A DNA stretch of 50,410 nucleotides, filler included, from Jimgerdemannia flammicorona (taxonomy: Eukaryota), in the NCBI GenBank assembly GCA_003990765.1. It is 2 parts of 2 records of this genome, joined end to end, with 100 filler letters (N's around TTAATTAATTAA, not from the genome) between each part and the next. Parts side by side here need not be neighbours in the genome. Positions count along the whole stretch, not along the records: positions 1 to 25,156 come from RBNJ01000874.1; positions 25,257 to 50,410 come from RBNJ01000875.1. One strand, written 5' to 3'. Made by a program: the position numbers and the translations under genes. Under the pieces are notes generated by a model. That model had not been told where the DNA came from. It saw nothing but the letters and a program-made list of their open reading frames with translations, and searched no databases. Below are positions 24,488 through 36,799 of the stretch, piece by piece; position 1 is the first letter of the stretch, and each line of letters starts with the position of its first letter.

Positions 24488-25156
24488 CTGACTAAGATAC
24501 CAAGTATACAAGCAACTTCTAGAAGACATTCTTCTCTCTATAGAACTAAGCTAAAGTTCTTTACTACCTACTGCTCTCAGACTGATGGTCAGACTGAGTT
24601 AATCAATAGGACCCTTAAGTAGATACTTAGTATCTTTTGCTGTTACAAGCAGAATAATTGGAACAAATATCTAGCTCATACTGAGTTTGTCTACAATAAT
24701 AGCTAGTAAACCTTGATGAAGAATACCCCATTCTTTCTGAACTATAGTCAACATCTAAGGACTCTGAGCACCACTGCAAAATCAGCAGTCTCAGTAGCTC
24801 AAGATCTGGCTGAGACTATTTCTGACCTTATCCAAATGACAAGAGATATATAGGACTACTAGACTAAGTATGCAAACTTAAAGTAAAGAGAAGTCTCCTA
24901 TAGTATTGGTGACATAGTTATGCTTAGAACAGACCATCTCCATCCTGATATCTTGGTATAACAACTAGCTAAGAAACTCTATACTAGAAGAATTAGACTA
25001 TATAAGATTGTTACAAGTTGCAACTTCCCCACAATATTTGAGTATACTCAGTATTCTATATTAGCAAACTGGTAGACTATTATGAGAATATATTCTCTAT
25101 ATATACGGTTCCACGACCATCTCCAATTAGGATCAATGAGTATGAGAAATAAAAAA

Positions 25157-25256
25157 NNNNNNNNNNNNNNNNNNNNNNNNNNNNNNNNNNNNNNNNNNNN
25201 TTAATTAATTAANNNNNNNNNNNNNNNNNNNNNNNNNNNNNNNNNNNNNNNNNNNN
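25157..25256. other. Artificial contig-joining linker (44 N + TTAATTAATTAA + 44 N)
   Basis: A six-frame-stop 12-mer centred in an exactly 100-nt gap. Confidence 0.95.
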
Positions 25257-25840
25257 TTTTTTTATAGTTATAAGAACTTCCACTTTATTACCAAACCATC
25301 TATAATATACTAATACAAATGAACCCCTTCACTCAATCCCACTCAGAAGTCTCCTCTCTCATCACTATTTTCCCAAAATGTTACCAACCTCTCTGCCATC
25401 ACAATCCTCCTCCTACTTTTCCTATAGATTGTCTCCACTAGTCACCTCTGATATTCCCCACTAGCACTCTCACCCCACTACCACCAATTCAACAAGTCTG
25501 TCATCAGCCACTTCTATCTAGCCACTCTCACTCTCAATATTAACCATTGACCCTTCTCAAATATATATAGTCAATGTCCTGCAAGTCTGACCCAAATCAC
25601 TAGTATCCATCTTAATGTCAACTACTCATCTCCCAACCCCCCCCCACCAGCTTCCTCTGGAGGTCACCCCACCTTTCTCTCACCACCAACTCTGGTAGGT
25701 ATACCCCCAGCTACCTCTCAATCACCCTCCAAAAGTCACCTATTACTTCACACTCTCCTAACCAATGTTCAGGAGTCTGTATCACTCCTCTCTCCTACCT
25801 GATATTCAGATACTCCTCATTCAAGAAAGATGTCCCTCAG
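25257..25840 (-). mobile_element. 5'-truncated 3' end of a LINE A-family element (LINE D)
   Basis: Minus strand reads GVIQTPEHWLGECEVIGDFW (LINE A: YVQTPEHWLGECEVLGDFW), then AATAAA and an A-run into the gap. Confidence 0.85.
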
Positions 25841-26383
25841 TAAGTATACTGCCAACCAGTCAAGCTATATAAGAACCTTATCTTAGAACTAGGAGAACAG
25901 ACCATCTTTGAAATTCTTATACCATCTGATTCTAGAAATCTCTTCTTTGATCCCAATAAGGACCTCAAGATCCTGGATATAGAAGAATATATATTTTCTA
26001 ACAAGATGAACCTTGTACACTCTTGAGCAATTAACCAAGACTGAGACAGTCTCATTTTGTTAAAAGAAATTATTATAGGCTATCTGGTATCTTATCTTAA
26101 TTAGATATATAGAGAAATTTATAAACTATACTTATTGAAAAATAGCAATAGATCTCAGAAGAAAGAAAAGACCTCTCTATATACCAGAAGAAAGTAAAGC
26201 CTTCTACCAATATTGAAGAAGAATTGACCTTACAGCAATAGCAGCAACTAGTAGAACTTCTTCAAAAATATCAGAATATCTTCATCACAGACTATGACAA
26301 CCTACTATATAACTTATTATATTACTATAGTATAAGTACAGAATATATAACACCTATCTAACAGAAGCCTTATAGAATACCTT

Positions 26384-26535
26384 TATTGAAATATCTTAGT
26401 TATAGCAACTTGATATATTGTGGCATAGCCTGACTATATCATTATTTGTAAATATCATCAATATGAATAAAAGTATATAAGATATTAATAAATAACTGTA
26501 GCTCTTCTCTCCACTCTTCTAAGTAATCCACAATA
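26384..26535 (+). repeat. Copia 5' LTR (152 bp)
   Basis: TATTGAAAT...CAATA (TG...CA mutated); direct repeat of 31209-31360. Confidence 0.9.
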
Positions 26536-26609
26536 AAGATTATTAGCCCTACTAGTGAAAGTAGATCACAAAGACAAAAGACACTCCTCTAATATATATA
26601 CTATACTAT

Positions 26610-29600
26610 ATGAATATATCAAATCTAACAGGTATGTCAAGCATGAGTCTTCTAAGTAGTATAAGCAGAATGGGATCCAGAATGGGTACTGGTAGTATAA
26701 GCATATCTAATATAATAGTCATAACTACAACTATTTCTGCAATAGTGCCAACAATAGTAAAAAGGATGATTTCTGTCTTTAATTATAAGTATTATACTAT
26801 ATGGATATACTATATGAAGAATCTCTTGAAAGAATATAGTCTGAAGGATTACTGGAAGCTATAGGTACAAATAATGAGATATGATACTATAAAGTACTGA
26901 GAGAGATTACTTTTACTCTTTTAAATATACAAATAAAACTCATCATTAATTTTATGATAGTAAATGAAGCCTGGAAGATCTTATATAATCACCATCAGCA
27001 GGCATCTGTATCAAACAGATTCCACCTAAAAGTACAGCTGTTCAATCTCTAAATGAAGTCCAAGAAAAGCATCTAGGACTATATCAACTGTGTCAATAAT
27101 CTGATAAATCAAGTGAATTCCCTTTCTATGCTAGTAGATACTATCAAGGATGAAGTCAAGATTCTAGCCCTTATGTATAGTCTTCCTAAGACATATAATG
27201 TAGTTGTCACTGCTATGAGGAAATCCAGCAAACTATTAAACTATAAGCATATTATCATGAGCCTTTTAAATAAGAAAATGAGGCTGGGTGGTAACAATGA
27301 TAATAGAGATAATAAGAAAGTATTCTATAGAGCATATGGATAAAGCAAAGGTAAACCAAACAAAGGATAAGGGCAAATGCAGTACAATGGTTAGTATGAT
27401 AGTCAATGAGCCAAATTTGATAGTAAATATTTCTAATATAATAAGCATAAATACTATAAGTAAGACTGTAACTATAAAAAGAAAGAAAAAGATGAACAAT
27501 GTAGACAGAAAAATATTATAGACACTAACAATAATGAAAGCAGTAGTAGTAGAGGTCTATTCTTCATAGAAGTAGTAATCTATCTATATGTAAAGAGAGA
27601 TTTAGGAGAAATTTGGGAAATATTTTTACACTATTGAAAAATATTGACATAAGTATCAGTACTAATATAAGCTATATACTGAGCACTTACACATATAGCA
27701 AAGAAGTCTGGTTTATAGATTCTAATATAATATAATATATACATAATAGTATACTATGAGTGGTTCTCTATATATGAGAAGTTCTACTCTATACCTATCA
27801 AATTAGATAACAATAACGTCATTTATGCTCAAGATAAGGGAAATTTTAATATACATTTATATGGATAAGTTGATGAACCTTCAGGCACCTTTATACATAT
27901 ACTATATACTCCAGATATAGATAGGAATCTCTCTCAATAGGCTGGATGATGGCTTGAGAAGATAATGGAGTATATATATATATTATCAAATAGTATAATG
28001 ATGATCAATATAAAGAACAATAAGAAGTTAATATATACATCAAAAGAGGGGAACCTATATACAATTGATAGCACACTAAGTAGTATATTATCTATATATT
28101 CTGTAATAATTAGAGAGAATCTCTGGTATATATAGTATAAATACTTAGAATACATTGGCAAGATGAGCTTAAAATAGATAATAAAGAGTAAGTCTGTATA
28201 CAGATTACTGAATAATATGTATATTACCAGATTTCAGTTTTTATAATAGATGTATAGCAAATAAGACTTCCTGGTGACCTTTTCAGAAATAGATGAAGCA
28301 AGCAGCTGGTATTCTCAACATAATATATATATGGATATCTGCAGCCCTATATAAATGGTAATATACTTCAGAAAGAAGTATTTTATTACTTTTATTGATA
28401 ATTATACTTGCAAAGCCTATATACTTCTTTATAGTAAAAAATGGAATATTTAAAAAATTCCAAGAATTTAAGGTAATTGTGGAGAATGAAACAGAATGTA
28501 AGATATGGACTCTATACTCAGATAATAATAAGGAATATATCAATAAAACCTTTAGATACTTCTTGAAGAAGTATGATATTTAATACTCTATAATTAATAG
28601 TAGAGATAGCTTGAATAATGATAAATATAGCTGACTTATCACACTCCTTCTGGGCTGAAGTAGTGAATACTGCAGTATATATCTGAAATCATTGTATTTC
28701 TTTGATCTCTAAGTAAGAATTCCAGTAGATCTAGCAGATCTAGCAATTATTAATTTAGGAATAATTAATAATTCAGAAATGATCACTGAAATAATTAGTA
28801 ATCTAGAAATGATAGTGATCTTACTCCTGAGAAATTATGGAGTAGATCTAAGCCTAATATTTCACACCTATGGATATTCAAAGCAAATTTTAGTCTAAGG
28901 TAAATATGCATATATTCCTTAGATATAACAGAGCAGTATATAGATTGTAAAATCTGTAGAAACATTATATAATTATCTCTCATAACATTCAATTCAAGGA
29001 GACTAAGCAGAAAATTTATATGGAAATTTCTATCTCAACCAATCTGATAGTATAGCTAGCAACAACTATGCCAACTTCAAAGGTAAGTGAAATAGTACCT
29101 ATACCAGTATTAGTATAACCCATATATACTAATGAGGCTATCAGAGCTAAGAATTACAAAAATTACAGATAAGAATAATAATGAGAATATCTCTCTAAAG
29201 AATAAGAAAAGTGCAAATCTAGACTATAAAATGAAGTCAAAGTAGATTTAGAAGATTATTGGAACCAATCTAAGATATCTTATTATAGACATTATATAAA
29301 CTATATCTGTGAGTATATATATATAGCAATGACTAGTGAGCTAGCAAACTATGATGAAGCTATATACTCAGATGATAAAAAGGAGTGGAAAAAGACTATA
29401 GATGAGAAATACAATTTACTTATCAAGAATGATATATGGGATTTAGTCTCTCTTTCAGCAAATTGACAAGTAATAGAATCCTGCTAGATATAATGTCAAA
29501 TATAATAGCAATAGTAATGTAGAATATTATATAGTAAAGAGATATTTATAAGGATATAGTGTAGACTATAATAAGACCTTCTTCCCAATATTCAAGCTTA

Positions 29601-30840
29601 TTTTAATTTGTAATCAGAGCTAAATATAACTATGAAATCTACCAAATAGATATTAAGACAGTCTTCTTGAATAATGATATAGATATAGAGCTATATATCT
29701 ATTAACTATAAGAATATAAACTATATAATAATGAAAATGAGCTCATATGAAAATTATATAAAGATCTCTATAGCATCAAATAAGTAGTAAGGCTGTAAAA
29801 TTAAAAAATTAATAAATATCTCTTAGATAATAGATTTAAGTATTGTGAGGCCAATCTATACATATATATCTGATATATATCCTCAGAAATAGTATATCTA
29901 GGAATTTGGGTAAATAATATCATTCTGATCAGAATGACAAATAATATTAATGATATAAAGATAATACTATACCAGAAATTCAAGATGATGAATATGAGTA
30001 ACACATTCTATCTTCTTAAAAATCAATCATATATAATAGATATGAATATACTATATATCTATTATAAGCTATATATATTTAGACTATACTTAAACAATTT
30101 AGCATGAGTGAATACAAACTTGTCAGGATATCTATAGAGACATCTGTAAGATTAAAGCAGTATAGTGATGATATATCCAAGAAATTCAATGATATCTTCT
30201 GTTAGTAAGCTGTGAGATCTCTCATATATCTTATACTTGTAATAATGTCTGATATATCATATATAGTCAACAAAGTGGTGCAGTACTTATTCTGCTATAA
30301 CAATTTACATTAAATGGTAATTAAGTATATTTTCCAATATATTAAAGATACAGTATACTATATACTCAGTTTGGGTGATAATAAAAGATAAAGCAGGAGT
30401 ACTATAAGGCTATTTCAGTGTTCTATGATCAGATATCTCTTCAAAATCAGTAAAAACAGAGTCATTTCATAGCAAACTTGCAAGCAATCTTCAGTGAAAA
30501 TATCATCTATATAAGCAGAGTATTAAACATTATCTACAGTAATAAAGAAAGCTATATGACTTTAGAAACTGCTAAAGATATTGGGATTTTCTCAAGATCA
30601 GTATTTTATACTACTTTAATAAGATAATCAGTCTATGATTATTATGGCAAATAACCCTATATATTATGCCAGAATGAAGTATATTAATATACAGCATCAT
30701 TTTATATAGAAATGCATGGAAAATGATACTATATATCTAGAATATACTCTGATAGAGTATATGATAGTAGATTTATTAACTAAAGCTCTTCTAAAGATAA
30801 AGTTTGACTTATGCATACAAGGAATGAGACTTATAGGTAA
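26610..30840 (+). pseudogene. Copia gag-pol remnant
   Basis: FNYKYYTIW (gag), WFIDSN (protease), LWYI*YKYL (LWHxRxGHL), MDICSP, KIWTLYSDNNKEY (integrase), QIDIKTVFLNN (QMDVKTAFLNG), IWVNN (VDD), KYINIQHHFI and DLLTKAL (RNase H). Confidence 0.88.
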
Positions 30841-31208
30841 CTCTATACTAACAGAAACTCTATACTAGTAAGCAGAAATTCTATGATAGCAAGTGACAAA
30901 CAATAGCAATAATGATAATAGAAAGTTTTTCAGAGTACTAAAAGTATTCCACTGTATCTTATATATATCTATCAATATTGCTTATATTTTCTCATTTGTG
31001 AGTAGATCTGGATTTATATTATAGGTAATCCTTTAATAACTTTGTTCTGGATCTCTATCTTTTACTACATTCTTTACCTATTTTTATACTTATAAGTAGA
31101 GAATTTTGACCTTTTTTAGTTATCTAGATAGCACCCAGTTAGTCATATTTAGTTAGTCTTTTATTTGTATATTCTGCATATTCTGAGACATATCTTTTTG
31201 AGCAGGAG

Positions 31209-31360
31209 TATTGAAATATCTTAATTATAGCAACTCAATATGAGGTAGTGCAGTCTGACTATATTATTATTTATAAATATTATCAATATACATCAAAGCA
31301 CATAAGCTATTAATAAACAACTGCAGCTCTTATTTTCACTCTTCCAAGTATTCTACAACA
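31209..31360 (+). repeat. Copia 3' LTR (152 bp)
   Basis: TATTGAAAT...CAACA. Confidence 0.9.
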
Positions 31361-34115
31361 ACTCTACTATCTAAAGACATTTAAGATAGAATGTATTTAG
31401 GAACTCTTAGACAATAGAGTTATCTGATTCTCTACCTGTCTCTAGATTAGCTATATATTTATTATATCTAAGAAAGAAAGATAGAGACTCTGCATAGATT
31501 ATAGAAAGCTCAACTCAGTGATAGAAAACTTTATCAAGAATTGATTATCTCTTAGACCAATTACAGGATATCAGATACTTTAGCTATATGGATCTTTTTG
31601 CAGAATTTCATAAGATCTATATAAACTTTAAGAATATTTAGAAAACAGCCTTCTTTGTTTTAGAAAAATTGTTTGAATATCTCTGAATGTTCTTTGGACT
31701 CTGTAATATATCTTTAACCTTTTAGAGAATGATGAACTTAGTCTATATCCTACCAAACCAATACTGCTTAATTATATATAAATGATTCTAATACATATCT
31801 ATTTAGCAAATTTTGAAGAATACCTATACTACCTAGAAGAATTCTTCCAGCTTATCCATAAGAACCACCTGAGACTTAATATCAAGAAGTACTACTTTGG
31901 AAAACAGAAACTCAAATTTCTTAGATTTATAGTTTCTAAAGAAAGAACTTATACAGATCTAAAGAAAACTAAGAAAATCAACAACTGGCCAGTATCTAAG
32001 ACTTTAAAGAAAACACTATCATTTCTGATAGTAGTATTCTATTATAAAAGATTTATCAAGAACTTTACCCAAATTGCTGCCCCAATTAAAACTCTTCTCA
32101 AGAAAGAAGTACTATATAAATAGATGAAACTAAGAACTAGTATTTAGAGAACTCAAGTACTATATAACTATAGTATCAATTCTTGTATAACTCAATCTAC
32201 AGAAGCCCTTTATCTTATATATAGATATCTTTAAAGATAGTCTTGAAGCAGTCTTAGCCCAAGAAGGATCTGACCAATAGTACTATATAATAACTTATTT
32301 AAGCCAAGCTACTAACTAGCAGCAAGCCAACTATAGTAACACTAAACTAAAATATCTTACAGTTATATAGACAGCTACTCTATTCAAGTACTACTTTTAT
32401 AAGAAATATACTAGAATTCTAGTCTACTGGATACTTATTCTATAGAATTATAAAATTATCATTATTTATAAAGTAAAATAATATTAATATACTTTCTTAT
32501 CTAATCTAATATATTAGAAGAAGAGTGTGTTAAGAAACTATACTCTAAAGAAAGTTTCAATAACTATCAAAGTATAAGAAGATCTCATCTAACAAGAATA
32601 TCAGAAAGCCTACCAAGGAGAGACAAATATAGAGGAGAAGCTATGAACAATATACTAACACTAGTCTTATCTCAGTATATAAGTTCAAGACATACTCAAG
32701 AAATACAATACCTACTAGAAGTACTAAGAAAAGAAGAACAATCAAGCACCACTATATCCAATTGCACCACTAGTTCATATCTTTCAAAGATAGAGAGTAG
32801 ATATTATTAGACCCCTATCAGTTATATTAAGAAAAAACAAATATATCTTAGTATTTATAAAATATCTGACTAAATGGCCTGAAGCTTTCTCAATGGAAAT
32901 CACTGATACCTTAATCATTTTTGATCTCTTTTATAGTCTCAAACTCAGATATAGACTCTTAGAAGAACTTATCTCTGACTGAGATATAGAATTTATCAAT
33001 AATATAATCACAAGTTATGCTCAAATTTATAAGATCTACTTGAAACAGACTACATCATATTACTTTCAAACTAATGATATAATAGAATAAATGAACCAGA
33101 CTATCAAGAAAGATCTTATCTAACTCAATTCTATTAACTGAGGTCTCTGCTTATCTAAGATTCTATGAGAATTTAGAATACCCCTACTATCTTTACTAAA
33201 TAAAGGTTATTTGAGATAATATTCATTAAGAAAACCAGAACTGCTGATTATGAGAACCTTGGAGATCTCTTCAAAATGACAGAACAATTACATAATTAAG
33301 CCTAAGCTTAGATAATTAAGATCCAGAAAAGATAAAAGAAGTACTATAACTAAAAGCAGAATAATCAAAAGATCAAGATTGGAAATCAAGTATATAAAGC
33401 ATAATTGAAACAAACTTTACTATCAAACTGGAGTCTAAATAAGAAGGATCTTATCTTGTATATAATTTTAGAAAAATAAGTATCTATATAAGAAGTATAC
33501 ATAGATATATCTTGAAAATACTAGTATATCAATTATCTTAAGATATACCTACTATTTATACAATAAACCAAAGGATTGATCACTGTCTTCAGATCTTTAT
33601 TCTTTGCTCTTTCTAAGCTTTACTAGTTCCCTTACTCCAGTTCTGAGAAACTAACAGAACTCATCTTCAACAGATCTAAATATACTAAGAAAACCACATC
33701 TTGGCAGAACATCTACTATAGATTTATCAACTGTAGGCCTACTATACAATTGGCCAACTTCTATAAGATCTTCTAGTCTCAGAACAGACTTACATCTACA
33801 ACATCACTAGTCTGTCATGAAGGAACACTATTACTGCAGATAGACTCTATACAATCTATAAATGAAATATTACAACACTGATCCAGGCCTAGTTCTCTTT
33901 AAATAACTTTTAAAGAATAACTCTGCTCACCTATCTGAGTATTATCAATCACATCAAAGTCCTGTTCTCTGAAGAAGAAGAAGAGTCTCTAGAATAGAGT
34001 GATTCAGATACTGAAGAAGATGATGGTATAGATGTAGATACAGAAGATATCTATAGATACTACAATAATAACTAAAGAATAGTCTGGGAATACACTATCC
34101 TTTAGTGGGGGCTGA

Positions 34116-34400
34116 TATAATGAGTGAATAACATAGTATAGCCAGATGATATGAATACTCAGCATGGTATAGTTATCTATATCTAGTTACCTACATATGC
34201 TATAACTTATATAAATAGCCAGATATACCAAATTAAGTATATTGATCTATATCTTAAGAATACACCTGTGTCCAGCAGACATATCTGTATCCATCAGACA
34301 CACCTGTTCCCAGTAGGTATACCTGGTCACTCTCTCTCTAAAGTAGCATTATTGTATATTCTATAATTAACCAGATAGCAACCAGATAGTAATACAACCT
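34116..34400 (+). repeat. Probable Gypsy-2 3' LTR (right end uncertain, about 34397 or 34529)
   Basis: TATAATG (ex-TGTAATG) follows the PPT; TATATAAATAG at about 34208; ~20-bp tandem repeats at 34260-34326. No partner LTR in the window. Confidence 0.5.
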
Positions 34401-34790
34401 GTATAAAATATTCCAGAGATTTAAGTGAATAAACCTCAGTCTGAAAAGTTCCAATGCAAAAGACAAGTCTGCCTAATATACTTTGAGAGATATACCTGCC
34501 AAAAGCCACTTGATTCAGGAAGGATTACAATACTTAGAAGAAATACCTGCTCTACAGTCACTATGTAGGAGATTGTAAACTCCCTTTTCTACTCCAGTTC
34601 ACTTTCTGATACAAAGAAGATAAGTCTACTGATTTTGGTATACTTGCCAGAATAAGTCAAAAAACTGGAGAAGTCTACTATTTACAGAAGTCTGCTAATT
34701 CAGGAATAATCTGCATTATTTGAAATTATCCACCATTTTCAAGAAATCTGCTTTGTTCAAGAAGTCTGCCAAATTACACCAATTCTATCT

Positions 34791-35338
34791 ATTAAATCTC
34801 CATCTTACTCCTTTGATAACTTATGCCCTCTTATGGCTGCCACCCTTACACTAAATTATATATAATAATAAATTAGATGAGTATAAGTTTGTATATTTAG
34901 GTGAATGCATGCATGAGAAATTTTTCTGTCTCAAATATGTTGCATTGGTTAGTTCCAAAGAACCTGACATACAATATGTGTATGAATAGAGAGATGAGTG
35001 GGAGTAAAACTGTATAATAGCAAAGATAATTGGATATAAGAGAAAGGGGACAAGGTGTTATATATACAATGAATTCTGTAATTGTATGATATATATATAT
35101 ATATAATTGCCTAATCAAGTAATACATATCTTTAACATACTATCCCTTCAAGATCTCTTCATTAAATCCCCATCTTACTCCTTTAATAATCTATGCCTTC
35201 TCATGGCTACCACCCTTATACTAGATTATACATAATAATAAATAAGATGAGTATAAGTTTATATATTTGGGTAAATACATGCATGAGGAATGTTTCTATC
35301 TTAAATGTATTGCATTGGTCAGTTCCAAAGAACCTAGC
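34791..35338 (-). repeat. Ngaro 3' terminal block B2-A2-B1
   Basis: A 178-bp direct repeat (ATTAAATC...CCAAAGAACCT) flanks the A2 segment. Confidence 0.92.
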
Positions 35339-35458
35339 TCAAAGAGATTATAACTTACCTCATAATTGTCAAGACTGTCTGAGATATATGCTTATAAGCA
35401 AGGGTCCTGCATGGGTGAAAGAATAGAATAGAGATAGATTGAAGAGTAAATACCAGAC

Positions 35459-35770
35459 CATAGTTATAGAATTCTGCACTACCACAGTCTTGGGACTTAT
35501 CTCATAAGGCATATCCTATATGGATCATTGTAGACCAATTCTGTATCATAGTGAGCCATACTAAATCATAGTCATGGAATTCTACACTACTGTAGTCTAA
35601 GAATAAAACATAAAATAGGTGTATCCTATACAGATTGTTATGGACTGATTCTGCATCATGGTGGTAAAGACTCAATCATAGTCATGGAATCCTGCACTAC
35701 CACAGTCTTGGGACCAAACACCAGTAAGCACATTCTATATAGATCATCATGGACTGATTCTGCATCATGA
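35459..35770. repeat. Three ~108-110-bp tandem units in the Ngaro 3' non-coding region
   Basis: CATAGT(C/T)AT(G/A)GAAT(T/C)CT(G/A)CACTAC starts at 35459, 35567 and 35677. Confidence 0.85.
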
Positions 35771-35789
35771 TCAGAGAGTGATAGGTATG

Positions 35790-36760
35790 TATAATGCTAA
35801 AGCTGATATAAGGTAAAGTATGTGGGATTTTGGCATCTGAATATATAGTTGATAAGCATCACTATACTACTGCCTAAGAATTTGAATCTCATAGTCTGAT
35901 AACCCCACTTCGGTGGCATCAGAGGCAGCTCTAATATAAAAACTATAACTGGTGAATATAGATGCTTGGAGCCTGATGGCAGTGAGGAGGGACTGTAGGC
36001 CAGATAAGAGCCAAGTACAAGAAAATAGGATATCACCAGTATATTAAAAAAGCAGTGAATTAGGTGGAGCAGAGAAGGAGAGAAAGAGAGCTCAGAGGAG
36101 AAGAATGGTACATAGGGCACCAGTAGGTACTCAAGCAATATAGAGAGTGGTATCTCTTTGAAATAGATCAGTTTTGGATAAAGGGATAGTCAGAAAGATA
36201 TAGGAGAGTTTGTATATAGAGAGTATAAACTGTATAGCCAAGCAGATAAGATTGATAGTAGAGTCAAATAATAAAGAGCTCCAGGTGAATTTGCCTGACC
36301 AGAGGAATCCAAAATATGTGAGTATAATGGTTACTGCAAAATTAAAGTGGTTTTCAATAGAGAGGTTGAGAAAAGGAAGGATCTATGACAAAATAAAGAT
36401 AGAGATAGAGAGGCATGGTTGGGAGAGAGGTTTACCAAGCCAGCATTTGATGCTCTAGAGGACTCAGGGGAGTTGAATCAAGCTATCCAGAGGGTCAGAA
36501 AGACTGATGTTGATATGAAGGAAGTAGATGGCAGAGAGGTATACTTTGATGGTAACTGGGCATAGACATCAGAGAGCCAGAGTAGATATCCATAGAATCA
36601 AACAATGTTCAGAGGCTGACAGAAGGGAACCATCTGAGTTGTAGAGGTTATTGGTAGTGTAGAAGTTGATGAAGCTATATTGGCTAGTGAAATATATCTA
36701 TCATATAGAGCCTGCCAGGCTGAGCCATAGAAAGAATGCAGTGAGAGGTGGAAAACCATA
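35790..36760 (-). pseudogene. Ngaro tyrosine recombinase remnant
   Basis: YFGFLWSGKF (AFFGFLRSGEF) and SKTD motifs on the minus strand. Boundaries are approximate. Confidence 0.75.
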
Positions 36761-36799
36761 ATAGGGAGAGAGCCCAGTATAGTAGAGGTCTGATCTATA

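Larger units (their letters stand above)
14365..25156 (+). mobile_element. Partial Gypsy-1 copy (b), RNase H to integrase, split by the complete copy (14365-15268 plus 24488-25156)
   Basis: Starts AEI*YTTHEKELLAI (RNase H). The integrase reads ...PSTIVSD | *DTKYTSNF... across the insertion, includes QTDGQTELINRTLK, and runs into the gap. Confidence 0.92.
26384..31360 (+). mobile_element. Ty1/Copia LTR retrotransposon (4,977 bp), both LTRs present, heavily mutated
   Basis: 152-bp LTRs; PBS-like AAGATTATTAGCCC (consensus GGTTATGAGCCC); PPT-like TTGAGCAGGAG; flanks ACCTT/ACTCT (ancestral ACCCT); PR-IN-RT-RH order. Confidence 0.92.
25841..34400 (+). mobile_element. Second Ty3/Gypsy element (Gypsy-2), 5' part missing, heavily mutated, interrupted by a Copia
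   Basis: LLQKYQNIF...QKPYRIP | ...RLCIDYRKLN reads across the Copia. Also YIND (YIDD), LKFLRFIVS, RNase H DSLEAVLAQ, integrase FQR*RVDIIRPL and YLTKWPEAF, and a PPT-like TTAGTGGGGG at about 34102. Confidence 0.88.

Noticed and set aside
25201..25212. TTAATTAATTAA as a biological site
   Set aside because: It is centred in an N spacer and is an assembly linker.
35459..35770. CRISPR-like repeat-spacer array
   Set aside because: Eukaryotic retroelement context, two alternating degenerate blocks, short spacers and no cas genes.
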